Below are positions 46,380-55,583 of a stretch of DNA of 64,000 nucleotides, in pieces. The position numbers and the translations under genes are program-made. Below the pieces are notes generated by a model. That model was not told the origin of the DNA, did not search any database, and was given only the letters and a program-made list of their open reading frames with translations. Source of the stretch: Alphaproteobacteria bacterium. Its GTDB lineage: Bacteria; Pseudomonadota; Alphaproteobacteria; SHVZ01. Numbering within the stretch: the first letter of the stretch is position 1; every line of letters begins with the position of its first letter. The stretch is from positions 2,560-66,559 of the forward strand of contig VGEN01000002.1 of assembly GCA_016869285.1 (NCBI GenBank). Reading direction: 5' to 3'.

Positions 46380-47524
46380 GTGGCATCCGCGGCACCTCGG
46401 CCGTCGTCGGCGTCGGCCTCTCGACCCGCTGGGAGGCGCCCGGCCGCACGGCGCTGGAGCTGCTCGCCGAGGCAGTGCATGCGGCGCTCGCCGATGCCGG
46501 GCTGCGCCTCGATCAGGTCGACGGGCTGCTGACCGGCACCGCCGTTCATTTCATGCCGACCCTGAGCGTCGCCGAGTATCTCGGCATCCGCCCGCGCTTC
46601 CTTGACGGCACGATGATCGGCGGCTCCTCCTTCGTCGAGCATCTGATCCCGGCCTCTCTCGCTCTGAATGCCGGTCTCTGCGACGTGGCGCTCATCTGCT
46701 ACGGCTCGAACCAGCGGACGGCGAGCGGCAGGCTGGTCTCGGGCTCGGAGCCGCAGCCCTACGAGGCGCCCTACGGGCCGCGTAACCCGATCACCGGGTA
46801 TGCGCTTGCCGCCGCGCGCCACATGCACCAGTACGGCACGATGCGCCGGCACCTGGCGGAAGTCGCGCTCGCGGCCCGTAGCTGGGCGCGGCTCAACCCG
46901 GAGGCCTTCGCACGCGAGCCGACCACGATCGAGGAGATCCTGGCCGCACGCATGGTCAACGATCCGCTCAGCGTCCGCGATTGCTGCCTGGTGACCGACG
47001 GCGCCGGTGCGGTGGTGATGGTCCGATCCGATCGAGCCACCGACTTTCCGAAGCCGCCCGCCTATCTTCTCGGCGCCGCCGCGGCGACCTGGCATCGGCA
47101 GATTTCGGCGATGCCCGATCTCACCGTGACCGCCGCGTCCGAATCCGGCCCGCGCGCCTTCGCCATGGCGGAGGTGGTGCCATCGGACATAGATGTGCTC
47201 CAGCTCTACGATGCCTTTACCATCAACACGATCCTGTTCCTGGAAGACCTCGGCTTCTGCCCCAAGGGCGAAGGCGGGCGCTTCGTCGAAGGCGGCACCA
47301 TCGCGCCGGGCGGCAGGCTGGCGGTGAACACCAATGGCGGCGGGCTCTCCTGCTGCCATCCCGGCATGTACGGGCTCTTCCCGCTGATCGAGTCGGTGCG
47401 TCAGCTTCGCGGCGAGGCAGGAGAACGGCAGGTCGTCGAGACCGAGCTCGCGCTCGTTCACGGCAATGGCGGGCAGCTCTCATCACAGGTGACTGCGATC
47501 CTTGGAACCGCGGCGACACTCTAG
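46376..47524 (+). CDS. SCP-x/Ltp2-type thiolase-like protein
   Basis: DCCLVTDGAGA, LYDAFT, NTNGGGLS and HGNGG motifs; GGSS at the position of the acylation Cys. Confidence 0.88.
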   Translation: MSGIRGTSAVVGVGLSTRWEAPGRTALELLAEAVHAALADAGLRLDQVDGLLTGTAVHFMPTLSVAEYLGIRPRFLDGTMIGGSSFVEHLIPASLALNAGLCDVALICYGSNQRTASGRLVSGSEPQPYEAPYGPRNPITGYALAAARHMHQYGTMRRHLAEVALAARSWARLNPEAFAREPTTIEEILAARMVNDPLSVRDCCLVTDGAGAVVMVRSDRATDFPKPPAYLLGAAAATWHRQISAMPDLTVTAASESGPRAFAMAEVVPSDIDVLQLYDAFTINTILFLEDLGFCPKGEGGRFVEGGTIAPGGRLAVNTNGGGLSCCHPGMYGLFPLIESVRQLRGEAGERQVVETELALVHGNGGQLSSQVTAILGTAATL

Positions 47525-47534
47525 GAGACTGGGC

Positions 47535-48449
47535 ATGGCGAAGATGGTCGACGGCAAGGTCGTCGTGGTCACCGGCTCCGGTGGCGGCATCGGCAAGGCG
47601 ATGGCGCTGCTGATGGCGGAGCATGGCGCCAAGGTCGTGGTCAACGACATCGGCGCCGCGCTTGACGGCTCCGGCCACGACGAAGGCCCGGCGGCGGCGA
47701 CGGTGTGCGAGATCAAGGGGAGGGGCGGCGAAGCCGTCGCCAACACCGATTCCGTCGCCGATCCCAAGGGCGCCGAGCGCCTGATCCAGACCGCGCTCGA
47801 CGCCTTCGGTCGCGTCGACGCGGTGGTCAACAATGCCGGCATCCTGCGCGACCGGATCTTCCACCGCATGAGCCTGGACGAATGGCGCGCGGTCATCGAC
47901 GTTCATCTGCATGGCTCCTTCCATGTCTCCAAGGCGGTGGCCAACCACTTCAGGGAGCAGGGCTCGGGGGCTTTCGTGCATTTCACCTCGACCTCGGGCC
48001 TGGTCGGCAATCTCGGCCAGGCGAACTACTCGGCGGCGAAGATGGGGATCGTCGGCCTTTCGAAGTCGATCGCGCTCGACATGGCGCGCTTCGGCGTGCG
48101 CTCGAACGCGATCGCGCCCTTCGCCTGGTCGCGCATGATCGGCTCGATCCCGGTCGAGTCCGAAGAGCAGAAGGCGCGCGTCGCCAAACTGCAGCAGATG
48201 ACACCGGACAAGATCGCGCCGCTGGTCGTCTATCTGTGCTCGGATGCGGCGAAGGAGGTCACCGGCCAGATCTTCTCGGTCCGCAACAACGAGATTTTCC
48301 TGATGAGCCAGCCGAGGCCGATCCGCTCGGTTCAGGCCAGTTCCGGATGGACGCCGGAAGCGATCGCCGAGCATGCGATGCCGGCGCTCAAGGCCTCGTT
48401 CTACGACCTCGACGTCTCCGCCGACGTGTTCTCCTGGGCCCCGGTGTGA
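47535..48449 (+). CDS. SDR oxidoreductase, MFE-2 dehydrogenase-like
   Basis: TGSGGGIG, VVVNDIG, NNAGILRD and GQANYSAAK motifs; AGGAG RBS. Confidence 0.9.
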   Translation: MAKMVDGKVVVVTGSGGGIGKAMALLMAEHGAKVVVNDIGAALDGSGHDEGPAAATVCEIKGRGGEAVANTDSVADPKGAERLIQTALDAFGRVDAVVNNAGILRDRIFHRMSLDEWRAVIDVHLHGSFHVSKAVANHFREQGSGAFVHFTSTSGLVGNLGQANYSAAKMGIVGLSKSIALDMARFGVRSNAIAPFAWSRMIGSIPVESEEQKARVAKLQQMTPDKIAPLVVYLCSDAAKEVTGQIFSVRNNEIFLMSQPRPIRSVQASSGWTPEAIAEHAMPALKASFYDLDVSADVFSWAPV

Positions 48450-49306
48450 TGGCGGTCGATCCGGCTCGTCTCCTCTCCTACGAGATTCCGGAGATCGTCC
48501 AGGATCTGACGACCCGCGACACGATCCTCTACGCGCTCTCGGTCGGCCTCGGCGCCGATCCGCTGGACAAGGATCAGCTCCGCTTTGTCTACGAGGACGC
48601 GCTACTGGCGTTGCCGACCATGGCGACCGTGCTGGGCTATGCCGGCTTTTGGCTCAAGCATCCGGATGCCGGCGTCGACTGGGTCAAGGTCGTGCATGCC
48701 GAGCAGGGCATTCGCATCCATCAGCCGCTGCCGGTCGAGGGCCGGCTGGTCGGCCGCACGCGCGTCACCGGCCTCGTCGACAAGGGCGCGGGCAAGGGCG
48801 CGCTTCTCTACTCGGAGCGTCGGGTGACGGACGTGGCCGGCAACCTGGTGGCTACCCTCGACCAGACGACCTTCCTTCGCGGCGATGGCGGCTGCGGCGG
48901 TACCACCGGCCCGGCCAAGGTCCCGCATCCGACGCCCGAGCGCGCGCCGGATCTCATCCTCGACCTTGAAACCTCGCCGTCGCAGGCTCTGATCTATCGC
49001 CTGAACGGCGATTACAACCCGCTCCATGCTGATCCCGGAGTCGCGACCAAAGCCGGCTTCCCCCGCCCGATCCTGCACGGGCTCGCGACATACGGCGTCG
49101 TCGGCCATGCGCTGCTGAAAGCACTCTGCGGCTACCGCCCCGAGAGTCTGAAAGCGATGGACTGCCGCTTCACCGCGCCGGTCTTCCCGGGCGAGACGAT
49201 CCGCACCGAGATCTGGCACGAGGATGGCGGCTCTGCCGCGTTCCGCGCTCGAGTCATCGAGCGCGATGCGATCGTGCTCTCGAACGGGCGGGCGGAGGTC
49301 GCGTGA
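48449..49306 (+). CDS. MaoC double-hotdog (R)-specific enoyl-CoA hydratase
   Basis: HAEQ and the hydratase-2 motif YRLNGDYNPLHADP...GFPRPILHGL; TGATG overlap with the SDR. Confidence 0.9.
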   Translation: MAVDPARLLSYEIPEIVQDLTTRDTILYALSVGLGADPLDKDQLRFVYEDALLALPTMATVLGYAGFWLKHPDAGVDWVKVVHAEQGIRIHQPLPVEGRLVGRTRVTGLVDKGAGKGALLYSERRVTDVAGNLVATLDQTTFLRGDGGCGGTTGPAKVPHPTPERAPDLILDLETSPSQALIYRLNGDYNPLHADPGVATKAGFPRPILHGLATYGVVGHALLKALCGYRPESLKAMDCRFTAPVFPGETIRTEIWHEDGGSAAFRARVIERDAIVLSNGRAEVA

Positions 49307-50511
49307 CTCAGGGTGGCGACGCGGCGTCGCGCCGGCTTGCGACGTCGGTTCTCGGAACCTGTTTCCTCTTCGCGCTGATTGGACGCGGCACCGCCGAGAC
49401 CTTCGCGCTGTTCGTCCTGCCGCTGCAGGAGGCGTTCGGCTGGGACCGCGCCCAGGTCACCGGCATCTACGCGATGACCTCGCTTTCGATCGCCGTCGTC
49501 GCACCGATCCTCGGTCATTACGCCGATCGCATCGGGCCGCAGCTCCTATATGCCTTCGGCGGCGGCGCGCTCATCGTCGCCTATGTCGGAGCCGTCCATG
49601 CGACCGAACTCTGGCATCTCTACCTCACGCTCGGCTTCTGCGTCGGAGCGGCCTCCGCCTTCAACAACCTGGCGCAGACGCCGCTGATCGGAATCTGGTT
49701 CAAGGGGCGCGTCGGCACCGTCTTCGGCGTGATCGGCGGGGCCGCCGGCATCGGCGGACTGCTCTTCGCGCCCCTGGTGCAGATCGTCATCGACGGCCAT
49801 GGCTTCCGCGCCGGCTACTGGGCGCTCGTCGGCGTCGCCTCGATTCTCGTGCTGCCCCTGACCCTTTTGCCATGGAGCCGTATCGCCGCCGGCCGGCACG
49901 CGGCGCCTCCGGCGGCCGAGCACAGCTGGACCTTCATGCGCGCGGCCCAGGAGCCGGTGATCTGGGCGATGTTCGCGGTCTACTTCCTGACCTCGAACGC
50001 CATCGGCGTGATCCAGCCGCAGATGGCCGCCTATCTGATCGAGGTGGGATTCCAGCCGCTGACCGCGGCGACGGCGATCGGCTTCGCCGGCCTCTCGGCC
50101 TCGCTCGGCATGGTGCTGTTCGGCTGGATCGCCGATCGCGTCGGCCGGCGCTGGGCGCTGACCTTGAGCTACAGCTCGACCGCGATCGGCCTCGCTGTGC
50201 TGGCGCTGATGGCGGTCTGGCCCTCGCCGGTGCTGCTGGCGGCCTATGTGATGACCTTCGGTCTCTCGCTCGGCTCGCGCGGGCCGCTGATCGCCTCGCT
50301 GGCGCAACGCCTCTATGCCGGCGCGGCGCTCGGCCGCGTGTTGGGGTTCCTCCTGATCGGCATGGGGACGGGGACGGCGTTCGGCTCGTGGATCGGCGGC
50401 GTGCTCCACGACCATTTCGGCAACTATCAGGGCAACTTCGCCGTGTCCTGGGCGTCGATCGCGCTCGCGCTCGCGCCCTGGTGGCTGTCGCGCGACCTAC
50501 GCCGGCTTTGA
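49303..50511 (+). CDS. MFS transporter
   Basis: About 12 TM segments; MFS loop motifs GHYADRIGP and GWIADRVGRR. Confidence 0.9.
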   Translation: MTQGGDAASRRLATSVLGTCFLFALIGRGTAETFALFVLPLQEAFGWDRAQVTGIYAMTSLSIAVVAPILGHYADRIGPQLLYAFGGGALIVAYVGAVHATELWHLYLTLGFCVGAASAFNNLAQTPLIGIWFKGRVGTVFGVIGGAAGIGGLLFAPLVQIVIDGHGFRAGYWALVGVASILVLPLTLLPWSRIAAGRHAAPPAAEHSWTFMRAAQEPVIWAMFAVYFLTSNAIGVIQPQMAAYLIEVGFQPLTAATAIGFAGLSASLGMVLFGWIADRVGRRWALTLSYSSTAIGLAVLALMAVWPSPVLLAAYVMTFGLSLGSRGPLIASLAQRLYAGAALGRVLGFLLIGMGTGTAFGSWIGGVLHDHFGNYQGNFAVSWASIALALAPWWLSRDLRRL

Positions 50512-50769
50512 CCCGCTCTTGAGCGCCGCAACCTCGGCCTCGAGCTTGGCGACGCGCTCGGCCAGCGCCTCCTGCTCGGTTCGGGCCTTCGCCGCCATCT
50601 CCTTGACCGCTTCGTGCTCGTCGCGGGCCACCAGGTTCATGTCGAGCAGCAGGCGCTCGAGCTGGGCTTTGAAGCGGGCCTCGACCTCCTGGCGCATGGC
50701 CGCGGCGGCGCCGACGGCGTTGGTGGCGAGCTTGGCGAGATCGTCGAGAAGGCGGTTATCGGTCTGCAT
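50497..50769 (-). CDS. ubiK: Accessory factor UbiK (BMFP) family protein
   Basis: MQTDNRLLDDLAKL...LVARDEHEAVKEMAAKAR coiled coil; AGGAG RBS; divergent from the lgt operon. Confidence 0.85.
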   Translation of the reverse strand: MQTDNRLLDDLAKLATNAVGAAAAMRQEVEARFKAQLERLLLDMNLVARDEHEAVKEMAAKARTEQEALAERVAKLEAEVAALKSGSKPA

Positions 50770-50805
50770 GGCGATTCTCCTAAGTCCCACTATGACGGCG
50801 CTCCG

Positions 50806-50843
50806 TTGCCGGTCGCAAGCCCAACGCCTATAAACCGCGCATG
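50806..50843 (+). promoter_or_regulatory. Sigma70 promoter giving a leaderless hldD-lgt transcript
   Basis: TTGCCG-N17-TATAAA-N6-ATG with no SD. Confidence 0.65.
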
Positions 50844-51809
50844 TTCCTGGTCACGGGCGGCGCCGGCTTCATCGGCTCGAACCTGGTCGCGGCGCTGGAA
50901 GCGCGCGGCGGCGAGGTCGCCGTCTGCGACCGGCTCGGCCGTGGCGACAAATGGCAGAACCTCGCCAAGCGAGAACTCGCCGACCTGATCCCGCCCGAGC
51001 GCCTGATGGACTGGCTGGACGGGCGCAAGCTGGACGGCATCTACCATATGGGCGCGATCTCGACGACGACCGAGACCGACGCCGACCTGGTCCTGTCGCA
51101 GAACTTCAACACATCGCTCGATCTCTGGAACTGGTGCACCAAGGCCAATGTGCCGCTGGTCTATGCCTCGTCGGCCGCCACCTACGGCGATGGCGCCGCA
51201 GGCTTCGACGACGACGAGAAGCCGGCGGCGCTGGCGAAGCTGCGGCCGATGAATGCCTATGGCTGGTCGAAGCATCTCTTCGACCGCCGTGCCATCCGGC
51301 TCGCGGCCTCCGGTGCGAAGCCGCCGCGCTGGGCCGGCCTCAAATTCTTCAACGTCTATGGACCGAACGAGTATCACAAGGGCGGCCAGCTGTCGGTCGC
51401 CTGGCAGATCCATCAGAGGGTCAAATCGGGCGAGCCGGCACGGCTGTTCAAGTCCTACGTGCCGAGATACCCCGATGGCGGCCAGCTCCGCGATTTCGTC
51501 TGGGTCGGCGACTGCGTCGATGTGGCGCTTTGGCTCGGCGGCAATGCCGACGGTCTCTTCAATGTCGGCACCGGCGAGGCGCGCAGCTTCGACGATCTGG
51601 CGAAGGCCGTGTTCCGCGCCTCGAACCGCGAGCCCAAGATCACCTATGTCGACATGCCGGAAGCGATGCGCGACCGCTACCAGTACTTCACGCGCTCGAA
51701 TCCGGAGAAGCTGCGCCGCGCGGGCTACACGCGTTCCTTCACGTCGCTTGAGGATGGCGTTCGGCGCTATGTGCAGGACTATCTGATCAAGCCGGACCCT
51801 TACCTCTGA
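50841..51809 (+). CDS. hldD: ADP-L-glycero-D-manno-heptose 6-epimerase
   Basis: VTGGAGFIGSN, HMGAISTT, YASSAATYG, YGWSK, FFNVYGPNEYHKG, RDFVWV and YQYFT motifs. Confidence 0.92.
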   Translation: MFLVTGGAGFIGSNLVAALEARGGEVAVCDRLGRGDKWQNLAKRELADLIPPERLMDWLDGRKLDGIYHMGAISTTTETDADLVLSQNFNTSLDLWNWCTKANVPLVYASSAATYGDGAAGFDDDEKPAALAKLRPMNAYGWSKHLFDRRAIRLAASGAKPPRWAGLKFFNVYGPNEYHKGGQLSVAWQIHQRVKSGEPARLFKSYVPRYPDGGQLRDFVWVGDCVDVALWLGGNADGLFNVGTGEARSFDDLAKAVFRASNREPKITYVDMPEAMRDRYQYFTRSNPEKLRRAGYTRSFTSLEDGVRRYVQDYLIKPDPYL

Positions 51810-52594
51810 TGCTCGCCATTGCCTTTCCCATCATCGATCCGGTGGCGATCTCCATCGGTCCCCTGGCCATCCGCTGGTACGCGCTCGCTTATATCGCCGG
51901 GCTGGTGCTGGGCTGGCGCTATTGCCGCTCTCTCGCGGCCAGGGGCGGGCCGGTGTCGCCGGATGGCTTCGACGACTTCCTGACCTGGGCGACGCTGGCC
52001 GTCGTCATCGGCGGGCGGCTCGGCTATGTGCTGTTCTACCGGCCCGATCACTTCCTCTACCACCCGCTCGAGATCTTCGAGGTATGGCAGGGCGGCATGT
52101 CCTATCACGGCGGCATGATCGGCGTGCTGGTGGCGATCTATCTCTATGCGCGCCGGCTGGGCGTCCCGTGGACCGCGCTCGGCGACGTCATCGCCGCGGC
52201 GGCGCCGATCGGTCTCTTCTTCGGCCGCATCGCCAATTTCATCAATGGCGAGCTTTGGGGACGCGTCAGCGATGTTCCCTGGGCGATGGCCTTCCCGGCC
52301 GGCGGCCCCGAGCCGCGCCATCCGAGCCAGCTCTACGAAGCGGCGCTCGAAGGCATCGTGCTCTTCGTCCTGCTCGCCTGGCTTGCGCGCAAGCCCGAGC
52401 TTCGCGCCCGTCACGGCTTCATCGGCGGCGTCTTCCTTGTCGGCTACGGCATCGCACGCAGCATCTCCGAGATCTTCCGCGAGCCCGACACCTTCATCGG
52501 TTTCCTCCCCTTCGGCACGACCTGGGGCCAGTGGCTGTCGCTGCCGATGGTGATCGCCGGCATCTACCTGGTCCTGAGGGCGAAGCGCGCGTGA
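51809..52594 (+). CDS. lgt: Prolipoprotein diacylglyceryl transferase
   Basis: IRWY, GGRLGYVLFY, GGMSYHGG, GRIANFINGELWGR and RHPSQLYE motifs. Confidence 0.97.
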   Translation: MLAIAFPIIDPVAISIGPLAIRWYALAYIAGLVLGWRYCRSLAARGGPVSPDGFDDFLTWATLAVVIGGRLGYVLFYRPDHFLYHPLEIFEVWQGGMSYHGGMIGVLVAIYLYARRLGVPWTALGDVIAAAAPIGLFFGRIANFINGELWGRVSDVPWAMAFPAGGPEPRHPSQLYEAALEGIVLFVLLAWLARKPELRARHGFIGGVFLVGYGIARSISEIFREPDTFIGFLPFGTTWGQWLSLPMVIAGIYLVLRAKRA

Positions 52595-53646
52595 GTCTCG
52601 AGGAGCGGCTGAAGCGTCGCATCCGCGCCTTCGGGCCGATCACGCTCGCCGATTATATGACTGCGGCGCTCGCCGATCCGGAGGAGGGCTATTACCGCCG
52701 ACGCGATCCGCTGGGCGCTGCCGGCGATTTCGTCACCGCGCCCGAGGTCTCGCAGATGTTCGGCGAGCTGATCGGCGCCTGGGCGGCGATCACCTGGCAG
52801 CAGATGGGCCGTCCCGATCCCGTGCGCCTGGTCGAGATCGGCCCCGGCCGCGGCACGCTGATGGCGGATGCGCTGCGCGCCACCGCGCGCGTCGAGGGCT
52901 TCCATCCCGCGCTACGGCTGCATCTGGTGGAGATCGGCGAGCGTCTGATGGAGCGCCAGCGCGCCACGCTCGGAAAGTGGAACCCGACCTGGCATCCGGA
53001 GCTGTCCGACGTGCCGGAAGGCCCTGCGATCGTCATCGCCAACGAGTTCCTCGATACCTTGCCGATCCGCCAGCTCGTCCGCTCCGGCAGCGGCTGGGAA
53101 GAGCTCATGGTCGGCCTGCAGGGCGACGAGCTGGCCTATGTCTTCGGGCCGACGGCGCTGGCGCCGCTGGTGCCGCCGATCCTCGAAAGCGCGCTTCCCG
53201 GCACGACCGTCGAGGTGTCGCCTGCGCGGATCGCGGTTGCGGATCTTTTGGCGCGGAGAATTCTCGCTCATGGCGGCGCGGCTCTCCTGATCGATTACGG
53301 GCCGCCTGAGAGTCGTGCCGGCGGCACCTTTCAGGCGATCCGATCGCATCAGAAATGGCCGCCGCTCGCCGAGCCCGGCACCGCCGACATAACCTCGCAT
53401 GTCGATTTCGGCGAGCTCGTCCGCGCCGCCCGCCTCGCCGGCGCCGCGACCTACGGTCCGATCGGCCAGGGCGAGTTCCTCGAACGCCTCGGTATCCGGC
53501 CACGCGCGGAGCGCCTCTCGGCGCGCGATGCGGGTGTCGCCGAGGCTCTCGGCCGCTTGATCGACCTCGACGAAATGGGCACTTTGTTCCAGGTCATCGT
53601 TATCGCCCACCCCGACTTGCCTGCGCCCGCCGGCTTCGAGAGCTGA
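52591..53646 (+). CDS. SAM-dependent methyltransferase, MidA/NDUFAF7 family
   Basis: GDFVTAPEVSQMFGELIG, EIGPGRGTL, ANEFLD-LP, DITSHVDF and MGTLF motifs; GTG start. Confidence 0.92.
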   Translation: MSLEERLKRRIRAFGPITLADYMTAALADPEEGYYRRRDPLGAAGDFVTAPEVSQMFGELIGAWAAITWQQMGRPDPVRLVEIGPGRGTLMADALRATARVEGFHPALRLHLVEIGERLMERQRATLGKWNPTWHPELSDVPEGPAIVIANEFLDTLPIRQLVRSGSGWEELMVGLQGDELAYVFGPTALAPLVPPILESALPGTTVEVSPARIAVADLLARRILAHGGAALLIDYGPPESRAGGTFQAIRSHQKWPPLAEPGTADITSHVDFGELVRAARLAGAATYGPIGQGEFLERLGIRPRAERLSARDAGVAEALGRLIDLDEMGTLFQVIVIAHPDLPAPAGFES

Positions 53647-53647
53647 A

Positions 53648-54424
53648 ATGTCCACGCCTTATCTCGTCGCCGCGACGCTCGGCCACGCCGAAATCGCGCA
53701 TGGCTTCTTCGGCCGCCAGGGCGGCGTCAGCGAAGGGCCGTTTGACTCTCTCAACTGTGCGCTCACGACCGGCGACCGCCCGGAGGACATCAACGAGAAT
53801 CGCCGCCGTGCCGCAGCGGCGCTCGGCATCGTCCCGGGCAACCTGGTCAGCACCTATCAGACCCACTCGGCCGATGTGGTCGAGGTCGACACGCCCTGGG
53901 CGCTCGATGCGCGGCCGAAAGCCGATGGGATGGTGACGCGCCGGCCAGGGATCATGCTCGGCATCCTGACCGCCGATTGCGCGCCGGTGCTCTTCGCCGA
54001 TGCCCAGGCGGGCATCATCGGTGCGGCGCATGCCGGCTGGCGCGGGGCCAAGCTCGGTATCGCCGAGGCGACCGTCGCGGCGATGAAGAAGCTCGGCGCC
54101 CAGGTCTCGCGGATCGAGGCGGTGATCGGGCCCTGCATCGCTCAGGCGAGCTACGAGGTCGGTCCGGAGTTCCCTGGACCCTTCCTCGCCGAGGATCCGG
54201 GCAACGCGCGCTTCTTCCGTCCTGGCATGCGCGAGGAGCGGCACATGTTCGATCTTGCGGGCTATGTCGCGCACCGGCTAACCCGGCTGGGCTTGAGATC
54301 CGTCGAGCATCTCGATCGCGACACTTGTGCCGAGGCCGACCGCTTCTTCAGCTACCGGCGCACCTGTCTCGCCGGCGAGAAGAAGTTCGGCTGTGAGCTC
54401 TCCGCGATCGCATTGAAAGGCTGA
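53648..54424 (+). CDS. pgeF: Peptidoglycan editing factor PgeF (YfiH)
   Basis: HGFFGRQGGVS, QTHS, TADCAPVL, HAGWRG and FFSYRR motifs. Confidence 0.93.
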   Translation: MSTPYLVAATLGHAEIAHGFFGRQGGVSEGPFDSLNCALTTGDRPEDINENRRRAAAALGIVPGNLVSTYQTHSADVVEVDTPWALDARPKADGMVTRRPGIMLGILTADCAPVLFADAQAGIIGAAHAGWRGAKLGIAEATVAAMKKLGAQVSRIEAVIGPCIAQASYEVGPEFPGPFLAEDPGNARFFRPGMREERHMFDLAGYVAHRLTRLGLRSVEHLDRDTCAEADRFFSYRRTCLAGEKKFGCELSAIALKG

Positions 54425-54428
54425 ACCG

Positions 54429-55583
54429 ATGGCGCTCCATTTCTCGCGCGAGGAGCTGGCCGACCGAAGGGCTCGCACGATCGCGGAAATGGAAAGAGCC
54501 GGCCTCGACGGCCTCCTGATGTTCCGTCAGGAGAGCATGTACTACCTGACCGGCTACGACACCTTCGGCTTCGTCTTCTTCCAGTGCCTCTATCTCGGGG
54601 CCGATGGCCGGCTGATGCTGCTGACGCGCTCGGCCGATCTGAGGCAGGCGCAGCTCACCTCGGTGATCGAGGACATCCGCATCTGGGTCGACCGCGACGG
54701 CGCCTCGCCGGCGAGCGAGCTGAAGACCATCCTCGACGAGTTCGGCTGCCGCGGGAAAAAGCTCGGCGTCGAATGGGAGGCCTATGGCCTGACCGCGCGC
54801 AACGGCCGGCGCCTTTCCGATGCGCTCGACGGATTTGGCCGCCTTGAGGACGCATCCGAGCTCGTGAGTCGGCTCCGTATCCGGAAGAGCTCGGCCGAGA
54901 TCGCCTATGTACGCAAGGCCGCTGTTCTCGCCGATGACGCGCTCGATGCCGGCATGGCGGCGATCCGCCCCGGTGCCGACGAGGGCGACATCCTGGCGGC
55001 GATGCAGGGTGCGGTGTTCAAGGGCGGCGGCGACTACTCCGGCAACCCTTTCATCATCGGCTCGGGTCCCGGCGCGCTGCTCTGCCGTTACTTCGCAGGG
55101 CGCAGAAAGCTCGATCCGCAGGACCAGCTCACCCTCGAATTCGCCGGCGCCTACCGGCTCTACCATTCCTGCCTGATGCGCACCGTCCGCATCGGCAAGG
55201 CGCCGCCGCGCGAGCTCGAGATGCACGGGGCCTGCCGCGAGGCGCTGCAGACCTGCGAAGAGGCGCTCAGGCCGGGCGAGCCGATCGGCAAGGTCTTCGA
55301 TGCGCATGCGCGCGTCTTCGATCGCCTGGGTCTTCGCGAGCATCGCCTCAATGCCTGCGGCTACAGCCTGGGTGCGCTGTTCCAGCCGAACTGGATGGAC
55401 TGGCCGATGCTCTACACCGGCAATCCGGTGATCGCCGAGCCCGGCATGGTCTTCTTCATCCACATGATCCTGATGGATTCGACGAGCGGCCTCGCCATGA
55501 CCCTGGGTCGCACCAGCCTCGTCGGCGAACGCGGCTCCGAGCCCCTGTCGAAAGCGAGCCTGGAGCCGCTGGTCGTCGCTTAG
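54429..55583 (+). CDS. M24 (pita-bread fold) hydrolase, creatinase/ectoine-hydrolase-like
   Basis: Creatinase N-domain YYLTGYD, R-RKS-AEI, YHSCLMRT, GYSLG and PGMVFFIH motifs. Confidence 0.85.
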   Translation: MALHFSREELADRRARTIAEMERAGLDGLLMFRQESMYYLTGYDTFGFVFFQCLYLGADGRLMLLTRSADLRQAQLTSVIEDIRIWVDRDGASPASELKTILDEFGCRGKKLGVEWEAYGLTARNGRRLSDALDGFGRLEDASELVSRLRIRKSSAEIAYVRKAAVLADDALDAGMAAIRPGADEGDILAAMQGAVFKGGGDYSGNPFIIGSGPGALLCRYFAGRRKLDPQDQLTLEFAGAYRLYHSCLMRTVRIGKAPPRELEMHGACREALQTCEEALRPGEPIGKVFDAHARVFDRLGLREHRLNACGYSLGALFQPNWMDWPMLYTGNPVIAEPGMVFFIHMILMDSTSGLAMTLGRTSLVGERGSEPLSKASLEPLVVA

